Part shown: in pieces, positions 17,718 to 27,738 of the stretch | Layout: each line of letters begins with the position of its first letter | Numbering within the stretch: position 1 is the first letter of the stretch | Assembly (NCBI GenBank): GCA_965367815.1 | Contig: CBDUKN010000014.1 | Coordinates: 1-64,000, forward strand | DNA: 64,000 nt | Source of the DNA: an uncultured Thermoprotei archaeon | Lineage (GTDB): Archaea > Thermoproteota > Thermoprotei > Thermofilales > B15-G2 | Direction: 5' to 3' | The notes under the pieces: model-generated | What the model was told of the DNA's origin: nothing | What the model saw: only the letters and a program-made list of their open reading frames with translations | Database searches by the model: none | Program-made: the position numbers and the translations under genes

Positions 17718-19595
17718 TTAAATATTTTTCGGCAGCAGAGGATACTTTACCCAGACTATCATGGGTCCAGGCTCTCTATTTGCCCACGCGTAGTAAGGTA
17801 TTGCTGTGAACTCTACTTCTTTCAGCAAATACTTCAGTTCGCTTACTTTTTTATAGAGCTTGTTTTCCCACTCTGAATTGTCTGCAACATAGCCTCTGCC
17901 TTTTATGACGACTACTCCTCCTAAGAGAACTGGATTGAATTCTGTTTTTAGCTCAGGATTTCGAGGAAGTACTAAGTTCCATACATCGAAGTCTTTGTTG
18001 TCGGCTTGCTCAAGGCAGTAGACTATTGGCCCTCTCTTAATAGCTACTCTACACGCGTGGTTTAGTACCCATGGGTGAGAAGCTACTAGGACTACAGGCA
18101 TACTGAACTCTAGTTTTATTCGGTCTCCTTTTCTCCATACTTTACGTATCTCGAGATAAGTGCTTGGCTCCGGCTTTACTTCGAGTAGTCTTCCATTTAA
18201 AAATACTTCGGTCTCACTACACCATCTGGGTATTCTCAAGTAAATAGAAAACTCTTTTTCTTTTTCAGGCTCTACTTCAATTTCTATTTCGCCTTCCCAT
18301 GGGTACTTAGTGTACTGATTTACTTCAATAGTAGTTCCTTCTAGCTCTATTTTCGCCGAGTTCTCGGCGTATAGGTGAACCCATATGCCTTTACTTGAAG
18401 TACTGTAGAAGTAGCCTGGCAAGTAGGCTAGTAGTCTAACAATGTTTGTAGGACAACACGCGCAGCCAAACCATTCTTCTCTTCTATGTTTTCCTCTGTC
18501 TGCTAAAGGATTATCATAGAAAAAGTACTTGCCGTCAAGCGATATACCTGATAGCGCCGCGTTATATAGTGCTAATTCCATTACATCAGCGTACTTTGCT
18601 TCAGCTGTAGCCATGAGCATACGCCAGTTCCACATAATATTCGCTATAGCTGCACATGTCTCGCAGTAAGCCCTTGCGTCTGGAAGCTCGTAGTCTTCTC
18701 CAAAAGCCTCTCCTTCATGCCTAGACCCGACGCCACCAGTAACATACATTCTTTTTTCAACCATACTGCGCCACAGTCTAAGGAGAGTCTTGAAGAGAGA
18801 GACTTCCCCTGTCTCCATGTAGACGTCTGCGGCACCACAATTTAGGTAAAGAGACCGGACAGCGTGACCTACGATTTCATCTAGTTCTCTGAAAGGCTTA
18901 TGGTCTATTAAGTATATTGAGCCCCCTACAAGACCCTTCCCTCTCTCATCTATGAAGAATTTCGCTAAGTCTAAGTACTTTTTACTGCCAGTAACTCTGT
19001 ATAGCTCTACGAGAGCCATTTCTATTTCAGGATGCCCTGGAACCCCTTCTCTTTTCCCTGGGCCAAAAATGCTGACTATATGGTCTGCTAAGCGTATAGC
19101 GGCATTTAACATTAATTTACTGCCTGTAGCCCTGTAGTAAGCTACTGCTGCTTGAAAGAAATGTCCAGCACAGTAAAGTTCGTGCATTCTAGTTAAGTCC
19201 TTCCACCTAGCTTCTTTATTAAAAGCGTAGTATGTAAACAAGTAGCCGTCTTTGTCTTGAGCCGAAACAATATCTTTTGCTACAGAATCCGCTATTTCTC
19301 TCAACTTGTCGTCGTGTTCATAAGCTAAAGTATATGACAATGCCTCAAACCACTTGTATACATCTGAGTCATCGGCTATTCTCCACTCAATATTTTTATC
19401 TCCGCGAGCTACACGCCTAAAGTTCTCTATTCTACCTGTTTTCTCTAACTGCTTGTATACTGCGAGAAGAGTTACTTTCCTTAAAGTCTCGATACGCGGT
19501 CTCCAGAAGACATCATTAAGCTTAATAGAGTTCACAGGAACAGGCTTCAGTTTAGCGTAAGGACTCCTAGACGTGTCTACTATAACACATTTCAT
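17718..19595 (-). CDS. GH127 beta-L-arabinofuranosidase family protein
   Basis: DSDVYKW.EA, HELYCAGH, GHPEIE.AL, GHAVR, YCETCAAI, WFGCACCP.N, IPYYAWANR. Confidence 0.93.
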   Translation of the reverse strand: MKCVIVDTSRSPYAKLKPVPVNSIKLNDVFWRPRIETLRKVTLLAVYKQLEKTGRIENFRRVARGDKNIEWRIADDSDVYKWFEALSYTLAYEHDDKLREIADSVAKDIVSAQDKDGYLFTYYAFNKEARWKDLTRMHELYCAGHFFQAAVAYYRATGSKLMLNAAIRLADHIVSIFGPGKREGVPGHPEIEMALVELYRVTGSKKYLDLAKFFIDERGKGLVGGSIYLIDHKPFRELDEIVGHAVRSLYLNCGAADVYMETGEVSLFKTLLRLWRSMVEKRMYVTGGVGSRHEGEAFGEDYELPDARAYCETCAAIANIMWNWRMLMATAEAKYADVMELALYNAALSGISLDGKYFFYDNPLADRGKHRREEWFGCACCPTNIVRLLAYLPGYFYSTSSKGIWVHLYAENSAKIELEGTTIEVNQYTKYPWEGEIEIEVEPEKEKEFSIYLRIPRWCSETEVFLNGRLLEVKPEPSTYLEIRKVWRKGDRIKLEFSMPVVLVASHPWVLNHACRVAIKRGPIVYCLEQADNKDFDVWNLVLPRNPELKTEFNPVLLGGVVVIKGRGYVADNSEWENKLYKKVSELKYLLKEVEFTAIPYYAWANREPGPMIVWVKYPLLPKNI

Positions 19596-19795
19596 TAGTA
19601 TCCGTAACTATTGTGCAGAATCCTTTAAATAATTTATTTTTACTCCATTAAGATTATTTTCTCTCAGATAGAAAATTTTTAATTTAATGATAAATATTCT
19701 AGTCTAATTAATATTACTTAATATTAAGTGATATTAAATCTATGGCTGAGCAGACGATTAGTATTGAGGCCTATACTTTATATTACTAAGGAACA

Positions 19796-22015
19796 CTACT
19801 TTATAAATATTTTTGTTACCGTTTCATTGGGAACTATTACTGTTTCTGCAAACGGCTTTAACAGATTTTTTTCCAGAACTACTCCCGCCTCTTCGTTTTC
19901 AACAACAATTTTCTCTCCTAAAGGCGCTTTAGGCTTAATTCTCAGCTTCAAGTTTAGCTTTCTTTTAGTCTTCCTGTAGACTATGTCTAGTACTACTCCC
20001 CTGTAATTTATGCCCCTTATACCATACCTTCCTAGAAATTTCTCAGGTAAATTAGGCATTAGCTTCAGCGACTTTGTCGAAAGATCTTCTCTCATACCTA
20101 AAAGGTACCTTATTATCATTAGTGATGTAAGCGCGCCCCACCCGTAGCACTCTATTCCAGCGAACTCTCCTTTAACGTAGCCCCAATGCTCGTAACTTGT
20201 TCCTGGAACAGGGTATCTCGGCCGAAGTACACGAGTATCGGCCGCCTTATACGCGCTATCAACTATACTGAACACTATTTTTCTCAAGTAGCTTAGCTTA
20301 CTCTTGTCTTCTTCAGAAACTTTAGCCAAAGCTTCGAGGAGAGAGTATGTCAGTGGAGGCCACCATAAAACATCCCAGCCTGCTGAGACACAGATTTCTC
20401 TAATGACCGCTTCTACATCATCGAACATTATTTTGACTTTATTTTGGGGGGCAAGCTCGAGAAATACTGGAGCAAGGTGAAGCACGTCTTTAAATCTAGT
20501 ATACGTGTTAAATCTTGTATCAAAGTCTCGGTACCAGTTTCTGTTCCAGTGCCACTCAAGCTTATTTAAGTATTCTTCGTGGAGCTCTATCCAAGTTTTT
20601 TCGTCTTCCTTTAAGCCTAGGTCTTTAGCCACAATAGCCATGAACTTGGCCGCATGGCTCATTACAGCTTGTAGTTCAGAGACTCTGAGATATTCTATTG
20701 ACTCTGATCCTTCTCCTCCGCCGCCGAACCTGAAAGCCATGTCTTCTCCGCTTTCCCAGCTGCACTTGTAGTGCAGAAAACCTTCTTCATCACTTCTGTT
20801 TTCAATCCACCAGAAGAGATACTTCTTCCAGTACGGGTAGAGCTTTTTAGCCCACTTTAAGTCCCCTGTTCTAATGTAGATTAAGTGATAATCGTAGAAT
20901 GGAAAACACCATGCAGGTGAAGTACCGCAGGCGCTTCCGTCGTAGGCAATCATGTTCGGTGTTCCGTCTGCGTGAATACATGGAACATTAGGTGCTTTAG
21001 CATTGGCGAAAAGCCCGTAGAGCACTTCTTTAGCAGTGTTTTCGTCAAAGTAGCTGTAGATGAGCATGTCTATAGAAGTTTCCGCTAAAACTACTCTAGG
21101 CCAGTTAACGTGCATTATGTCCCACTTATTCTTAATTATTCCCCTAGGAGGATACACCATGTGCCTCAGTGTCTCGATATCGTAGCGAAAACCGTTAAGC
21201 CAGTATAAAGGCCAGTCTCCTACAAGAAAAGCTGTTTTTCTCCAGAAAGCTCTATCTTCTCTCATTTTCTCCTCAATGACTGTGCCGTATTTTCTGAGAG
21301 CGTTTTCTGCTTTACGTAGAACTTCTCTTGAGTACCTGTCTTTAGCCACTACTACTGTAAGCCTCTGTTCTTCTCCTGGAGCAAGCTTTAAAGAAAGTAT
21401 TCCCCAACCAGTAGCTTCGCCGAAATACTGGACTCCATTACATGACTTTAGCAAAGTCTTTCTGAAACTCTCTACACTCTGCGAGGCCATAACTTTAGAA
21501 AACTCTTTATCACATACTAAAGCAACAGACCTTCCTCCGCCTTCAACAAGCACCTTAGAAGACTCTTCTTTAACTACTAGAAGTGTATCTCGGCAGCAGA
21601 GAGTGGCATGAGACATTACTTCCACGTTTCTCGCAGTATTTCCGATGTTGCGGAGAGTTAGAGAACATGCGAGAGAATCTCCGTCAATTAAAATAAATAC
21701 GCCGGAAATCTCTATGTCTTTGTAAGTAAAGTGGTTTTCAATAATGTTTTTAGTGTGGTAGCTCGACCCTACTTCAACATTTTTCTCTAAATAATCGTTC
21801 TGAGTAGTAAATAGGTCTCCGTCTATATTGAAGGCAATACCCATCGACACAACACAGTCGGCGTTTTCAGGGGATATAAACCACTTAAAAGCTATTAGCC
21901 AACCGAATCTAAATACATCGAAGCTCTTGACAACGCCACTTGGCTTGTCAGGGAAACAGTGGTCTACGTTTTGTAGTAAGCCAAATGGAGTGTAATCTCC
22001 TTTAAGCTTGCTCAT
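19796..22015 (-). CDS. (alpha/alpha)6 glycoside hydrolase, distant GH63/MGH1-like
   Basis: WESGED, YEHW...YGWGA; N-terminal beta domain. Confidence 0.6.
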   Translation of the reverse strand: MSKLKGDYTPFGLLQNVDHCFPDKPSGVVKSFDVFRFGWLIAFKWFISPENADCVVSMGIAFNIDGDLFTTQNDYLEKNVEVGSSYHTKNIIENHFTYKDIEISGVFILIDGDSLACSLTLRNIGNTARNVEVMSHATLCCRDTLLVVKEESSKVLVEGGGRSVALVCDKEFSKVMASQSVESFRKTLLKSCNGVQYFGEATGWGILSLKLAPGEEQRLTVVVAKDRYSREVLRKAENALRKYGTVIEEKMREDRAFWRKTAFLVGDWPLYWLNGFRYDIETLRHMVYPPRGIIKNKWDIMHVNWPRVVLAETSIDMLIYSYFDENTAKEVLYGLFANAKAPNVPCIHADGTPNMIAYDGSACGTSPAWCFPFYDYHLIYIRTGDLKWAKKLYPYWKKYLFWWIENRSDEEGFLHYKCSWESGEDMAFRFGGGGEGSESIEYLRVSELQAVMSHAAKFMAIVAKDLGLKEDEKTWIELHEEYLNKLEWHWNRNWYRDFDTRFNTYTRFKDVLHLAPVFLELAPQNKVKIMFDDVEAVIREICVSAGWDVLWWPPLTYSLLEALAKVSEEDKSKLSYLRKIVFSIVDSAYKAADTRVLRPRYPVPGTSYEHWGYVKGEFAGIECYGWGALTSLMIIRYLLGMREDLSTKSLKLMPNLPEKFLGRYGIRGINYRGVVLDIVYRKTKRKLNLKLRIKPKAPLGEKIVVENEEAGVVLEKNLLKPFAETVIVPNETVTKIFIK

Positions 22016-22461
22016 AGGTACACATCTTTAAGTAAGGAATAGGATAGATATAAGCTTTAGCCTTTATTTCTGAAAACGTTAGAAAAGTTCAAATCATTAA
22101 AACACGTATTACTTTGCTATATAAGCTATTTTTAAACAAAAAAATGCTTAAAAATACAATACTATTTATAGTTTAGATTACTTCTGGCTAGAATATTTTT
22201 CACCCTGAGATAAAAAATATAGTTTAATTAATAAAAGTCATTACAGTACTTTTAATTATGGTAAAGTATTTATATTATGTACAAAAATATACACTGTGGT
22301 AAGAGAAGTAGAGAAGACAGCGTTTTCAGCGTCGACTTTCACAGTAACTACGGCTATTCACTTTACTTCAACATTATTCTCTATAGCTAAAAAAGCGCCG
22401 TTTAAGCTGCAGAAAATTAATAATACTCTAGAAAATATTGAAGTTGCTCTAGGGTGAAAAC

Positions 22462-24413
22462 TTGAAAAATTCCTTGCAGTAGCTCTGTTTCTGAGTATAC
22501 TGTTCGTAAACATAGCCTACACGAAACCTCAGTACAAGTACTCTCAGTTAGATGTACTCGTAGTAGTCTTTTTAGATGTTACTCACGACGGCGTTAACAC
22601 TAATCTTATGGGAAAAAATCTCACAAAGATATTCATTGAGCTAGAAAAGGCAAGACTTTTCTACTGGAGAAACAGCCACATGAGATTTCATATAAACTTC
22701 ACTTACACAATTATAGTTACTCCAGTTAGATTTACTGGCTGGTGGCTTCCTGAAGATATAGCTAGGCAAGCAGCTAGCTGCATTTTAAGGAAAGTAAGCG
22801 TTTACTGGGATGACTTCAACGGAGTAGTAGCACTATGAGCTGCACCCAAGTACCGGGAAGAACCAGACCCTATTGGAAGCGTATGGGGGCCTGGAGGAAC
22901 TATATACAAGTATTCTAGCTACCAGCTGGATGGAGCAATAGCGTGGCTTTTTGTACATGAGTTCCATCACCAAGTAGACGAAGACTTCTATAGAAGCGGG
23001 TACCCAGAATATCCTCACGCAGACTATCCAGCTCAGCTAAAAGGACGGTTTGGAGAACACTTCGACTTCAACGCCTATATTCTCAGGTCATGGCCTGAAG
23101 AAACTTGGCTTAAACTGAAAGCTCCTTCTACAAGCAAGCCCAAAGTATACGCTGTAGAAGATGCTGACAGCGACCACTTTCCAGACTACGCGCCCAGTCT
23201 TCCTTTCGATGAAGTAAGGTTTGGAAGCTACGTGAACTCTTCTGACAGCGATGGAGATGAATTGAGCGATAGAGGAGAATTTCTCGCTGGAATATTCTTT
23301 TCTTCAAATCCTCTTTCATCAGACACCGATGGTGACGGCATTCCCGACGGCAAAGACCCCTATCCTCTATACCCTGTATCTACCTGTATATTAGAAAATA
23401 ACTGGACCAAGATAATCGAGAAGTACATAAACTACCCGAGAATACGAGTTAACTATAGGCTCGAAGCTCTCTGGAACAATAGCGGTTTAGTTTTAAGGCT
23501 ATCTTTGAGGCCACAAGAAGCAGACCACATTCTCATACACTTAGACTTAGATAGCAACGGCTGGTGGCACGGCAAAGGAAACTATGAACTCATACTTTCT
23601 CCTAAGGCAGGAAACCCCCTTATTAAAGCACACGTACTAGACTGCTCTGAAGCAGAAAAGAGCTTAGATAAGCCCTGTCTCTGGGACGACGATCCTAGAC
23701 ACGGCTACAGGCTAGTTACTTTAAACGACTTTAAGACAACGTCTTACAATAAACTTATTGAAGGAAAACTATACAAAGTAATCGAAATACTTATTCCAAG
23801 AAACAGTAAAACCGGGTTTATTCCTAAAGAAAACAGAACCATTGGTCTCAGACTAGAGTTCAGGTATGAGAACAGCTCGTGGGCAACCGTCTTCGAACGA
23901 TATCACTTAGTATACTTAACTTTAGTTAAAAAGCCTCCAAGCATAACTCGCGTAGAAGCGAAAAATATTTCTCCGCCAAGCAATGAAGACAAAGCTATAT
24001 ACATAAAACAGTACGTGGAATTTCTGACAGAAAAGTACGCTAAAATAGTAGTTTTCGTCGAAAACTATGCTTTCAAAGACATCGAAAATATTAGCATTAA
24101 AATAGGAAACCATACACTTCGCTTAGATTACCTAAAGGCCAGGAAATCAGCAAAACTGAGATACACTGTTCCACTTACAGAAAAGAAGACTGCAGTTCTC
24201 CCGAGGAGAGCTTACATAGAGTACTTTGTAGGCTCAAAGAAATATAATCTTGAGCAGAGTTTACCTATAATAATTGTCTCAGTAGAAAAGCCGCCTGATA
24301 TAGGATTAATTCTTTTAAAAGATTCTCTCATAACTATTGCCATACTGGCGGCAGCTACTGTTTTAGCATATGCAATAATTCTTATTAAAAAGAAAGTGCA
24401 GAAAACTATTTAA
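22462..24413 (+). pseudogene. Surface-anchored HExxH metallopeptidase-like protein with DxDxDG repeats; in-frame TGA at 22836 and probable 5' frameshift
   Basis: ORFs 22608 and 23232 share a frame and are joined by an otherwise open stretch containing WLFVHEFHHQ; signal-like FLAVALFLSILFVNIA upstream; C-terminal TM plus KKK. Confidence 0.72.
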
Positions 24414-24659
24414 ATAAATTTCTTCTGATTAATATGTGCATAATTTCAGTTTTAATTTTAATGACTATTTCTTTGGTATAAGCGAGTATAAAATAGCGTT
24501 TAGAGTATTTTACCATGGTAAATACATATACCGTAGATCCTAGCAAAGCAAAAGTATTAACTGAAGACTCTAGACAAGTAATTAAAGCCAGCGGATTTAT
24601 TTGGGCTGGAGGCCAGAAAAAGAAAAAGGGACTATCTAAGGCTATTTCAGTAATAAAGA

Positions 24660-25110
24660 AAGACAGCATTAGGATATCAGTAGAAGCAGAAATAGATGAG
24701 CCTATTATGAATATGTGCTTAGGGTCTGCCTTAATGTTGTCTCCTACTTTATAGTCCGTCATCGCGTTACACATTGTCTGCGAAGTATTTTTCCCGCAGC
24801 CCCCACACTTCTATAGTCGAATAAGACATGAACTGTACTGTGAAAGCATCGGGATCTATTGATGCTGCATCTTTTACATAGAATAAGTTTGTGCAAGTCC
24901 GAGGTATTACTAGTGCGTCGTACTCACCGTGCATGGGCAGCACTCCCACATTAGCGTATACTCTAGTGAAGCCTAGGAACCAGAGGATAATTATTACTTG
25001 AAGAATGAGAGCTGACTACGGATTTGCTCCCATACTGATAAATAGTAGAAATAGCACGATGAATCCTCCCGCGAAGAGAGAGTATGATTTGAAGTAGCTG
25101 GCTCGCTAGG
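24660..25110 (-). pseudogene. Internal fragment of a polytopic membrane permease (OPT-like/DUF6785-type)
   Basis: EPASYFKSYSLFAGGFIVLFLLFISMGANP*SALILQVIIILWFLGFTRVYANVG...; shift to AMTDYKVGDNIKADPKHIF. Confidence 0.45.
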
Positions 25111-25139
25111 GCTCTCTTGGAGCTTTTTTCTCGCAGCCT

Positions 25140-25541
25140 CGAGTGTGCTTCTATTAAGACTCCTTCTCTGCGCAATTCTTTAAGAATTGAAAGTGTTCCT
25201 ATAACCTTTAAGCCTAGCTCTCTAGCAAGTCTTCTAGCCCTTCTATCGTCTATGACTATGATCTTATCTTTCATTAGAGCTAGAAGTATTGCTGAAGATC
25301 TACCAAGCCCCAGTCTTGATAATCTCTTCCTGGTCTCCTCTACGCTTATTTTTCTCTCAGAAATAAGTCTTGAAAGTTCTTGATATACTTCATCTCTCTT
25401 CCTCTCTACTTCTTCAAGTACTCCACGCGGAACTTCTGCTTCACTAAATAACTCAAGAGCTTTCTCCAAAAGACTTAGTTTAGCTAGCACTATAATTGGA
25501 GACGTATTGAGTACTACTCTTAAAGATGCTCCTGTATGCAT
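25140..25541 (-). pseudogene. DUF3368 PIN toxin, degenerate and 3'-truncated
   Basis: VVLNTSPII, DDRRARRLARELGLKVIGTL; LGxGE motif reads LGLGR; normal C-terminus replaced by unrelated sequence (ORF 24963..25541). Confidence 0.65.
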
Positions 25542-25782
25542 CTAGCTCCTCCTCAACCTCCTCTTCATCCATAATACTATACTTAATGCCAAGCTCACGT
25601 AAAAGGAGCCAGAGTTCGTCGACTCTCATGCTTAAGAGTTCTGCTGCCTTACCTGTAGATATTCTACCACTAAGTAAGAGTCCTAGAACCATAAAGAGTT
25701 TCTCCTTGTCAGGATAAGATACACGCTCACGCTCGATAACCTTCTTTAACTCAATAGACATAAAGTTACACCCATTAAACAA
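25480..25782 (-). CDS. UPF0175 family antitoxin
   Basis: GRISTGKAAELL.M...L...GI.Y...EEE.EEEL. Confidence 0.85.
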   Translation of the reverse strand: MFNGCNFMSIELKKVIERERVSYPDKEKLFMVLGLLLSGRISTGKAAELLSMRVDELWLLLRELGIKYSIMDEEEVEEELDAYRSIFKSSTQYVSNYSAS

Positions 25783-25992
25783 TATTATTTTTCTGAACTT
25801 ATATATAGTGCTCTCTGTAAATGGCCTTATAGTTAAGTATTGTTTATGTATAACATAGATAAGTTATTATCAGCCATCAAGCAACTTTACCAATAGTAAG
25901 GTGTAGTGATCTTAGTTAATGATTAAACATAACCAAGTCCCTTTGTTTCCAAGTAAATGATTTACCCGAAGACTAAACTGTGCTATATAATA

Positions 25993-26045
25993 AGTCAGCT
26001 AATCAAGCCGTCATCACCTTCAGCACCAGAAACCCTCATCACTCC
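25993..26045 (-). ncRNA. Box C/D guide sRNA
   Basis: Minus strand: GTGATGA (C) - GGGTTTCTGGTG - CTGA (D') - AG - GTGATGA (C') - CGGCTTGATTAG - CTGA (D); all four boxes perfect, two 12-nt guides; TATA-like CTTATATT about 24 nt upstream. Confidence 0.93.
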
Positions 26046-26196
26046 AACGTAGTATCCGCGCCGAAATATAAGTACATTGTTTATCTAGCTGAAAATAAGG
26101 CTTCTGTACAAGTAGAAACAAAATAGTGATTTTCGTAAAATACAGTAAAGTTAAAGATACAAGGAATCAACATTTACGAGCCTAAAATTATGGTAG

Positions 26197-27255
26197 TTAT
26201 TTGAGATTATAAGCTTTAAGTTTTAGTCTATTTATTTCAACTGCTGTTGATTTAATGCATTTCTTCAAGTAGTTCTTATCTATATTCATGTTGTGAAGTT
26301 TCCGGTAGAGCTTGATGAATTCTTTGCAGTCCTTAAGTATGCTCAGCATTTCTAGGTGGGTTTTCGCGTCATAAAGCTTGAAGGGAATGCTTTTGCCTTT
26401 AATTCTCAGTATTCTTCGCCCTACATAGAATGCAGAAGATCTCGCATTTAGTAGTGCTTCTTTGGTTTTTCCTCTAGCTAAGCTTTTGACCGCATTTAAA
26501 TATTCTGTCCGAGCTCCTCTAGGCTCTTTCCAGTAAATATCTAAAAGCTCTTTAAGTTCGACAAGAAGCTCCTTGATATACTGTTTTTTCAAATTTTTTA
26601 AGCCTTGAACTTCATCGAAGAATTCTCTGAAATTTCTTTGGGCAAGCTTGCTGTAGAGATCTTTAGGTCTAATGCTGGGAATATCTCCTTGAAGCATTAT
26701 CTCGACAATAGCTAAGTTAAAGCAGGCATCTCTTACAGCAACTATTCCTTCGAAAACGATGCCCCGTCTATAACTCTCTTCTGCTACCTTTAGGCAAGAC
26801 TCACTTTTATTGAATACTGGGAGTATTTCACTTAACTCCCACTTCCACGCAAGAGCTTTCTTTTTCCACTCTCCGAGAATACCTTTAGGATCTTCAAGTA
26901 TAATACCCTCCCGAAGTAACGAAATCCATAAGCTGGCCAGAAACCATGAGTCCTCTCTCCTCCGATACTTCTCGTCCTCGAACACATGCTTAAAGTGCTC
27001 AATAGAATACCTCCATATTTCTACCTCAAACCCTTCAACATGCCTCACTTCAGGATTCCTTACTTTAATTTCTCCTTCAAGAACTACAGCTAAATCAACA
27101 TCGCTCATCTCATCAACAGTTCCTCTAGCAAGAGAACCAAAGAGAATAACGCCGACAGCATTCTGGCCCATAAGATCTCTTGCCGCTTCTTTAGCTACTC
27201 TGAACATAGCGTCAAGAAACATAATTTCAACAGGTAGTTCTACTAATAATATCAT
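26197..27255 (-). CDS. Nucleotidyltransferase (MNT) domain fused to two HEPN-like helical domains
   Basis: ILFGSLARG...SDVDLAVV, GIILEDPKG; two helical blocks resembling HEPN/NTase substrate-binding bundles. Confidence 0.7.
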   Translation of the reverse strand: MILLVELPVEIMFLDAMFRVAKEAARDLMGQNAVGVILFGSLARGTVDEMSDVDLAVVLEGEIKVRNPEVRHVEGFEVEIWRYSIEHFKHVFEDEKYRRREDSWFLASLWISLLREGIILEDPKGILGEWKKKALAWKWELSEILPVFNKSESCLKVAEESYRRGIVFEGIVAVRDACFNLAIVEIMLQGDIPSIRPKDLYSKLAQRNFREFFDEVQGLKNLKKQYIKELLVELKELLDIYWKEPRGARTEYLNAVKSLARGKTKEALLNARSSAFYVGRRILRIKGKSIPFKLYDAKTHLEMLSILKDCKEFIKLYRKLHNMNIDKNYLKKCIKSTAVEINRLKLKAYNLK

Positions 27256-27738
27256 ATTTTTATACCTATGTACTGTGGCAATTGGAGTACACTACCCTAA
27301 GAAAATCACTTCAAAATCTCCATCAAATGGAGCTGTTATCTTAAAACCGTAATACTTACTGCAGTCAAATTAGAATACTGTCAGACATATGGCAAAAATA
27401 TATATAGTAGTATTTTAAAAGTAGACATAGTACGTTAATAACTTATTTAAGATTTATTGCATATAGATTTTACGTAAATTTATAGTCTAGTAATTTACTG
27501 TAGTGTATAGCGTGGTAAACTATGCTCAATACTTTACTTGTATTTGTTAAGCAAATGTAGTTTGAATAATACGATACTGGGATGTTTTAGTTTTTTGTAT
27601 AATGATATAGTTTAAGTTAAAGTAACTTATATTGTTACCTAGAATTATATTTAATTATATGTTAATTAATAGTGTTATGTATTTTAAAAAATTAGAAAAA
27701 TTTATAAATATATTAGCTTTGTTCTCTTAAGTTGGAAA

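Noticed and set aside
22296-22457. 53-codon ORF in frame with the metallopeptidase-like gene
   Set aside because: Not protein-like and would bury the signal peptide; the terminal TGA is part of the GGTGA SD of the next start
15092-22838. TGA recoding (selenocysteine or an alternative genetic code) suggested by in-frame TGAs at 15092, 22455 and 22836
   Set aside because: The positions correspond to a likely Gly, an SD motif (GGTGA) and a likely Trp, not Cys; TGA is a genuine stop for hdrB, GH116, feoA and the UroD-like gene; hdrA and mvhD contain no TGA
24515-24754. 79-aa plus-strand ORF
   Set aside because: No recognisable motif; partly antisense to the permease remnant
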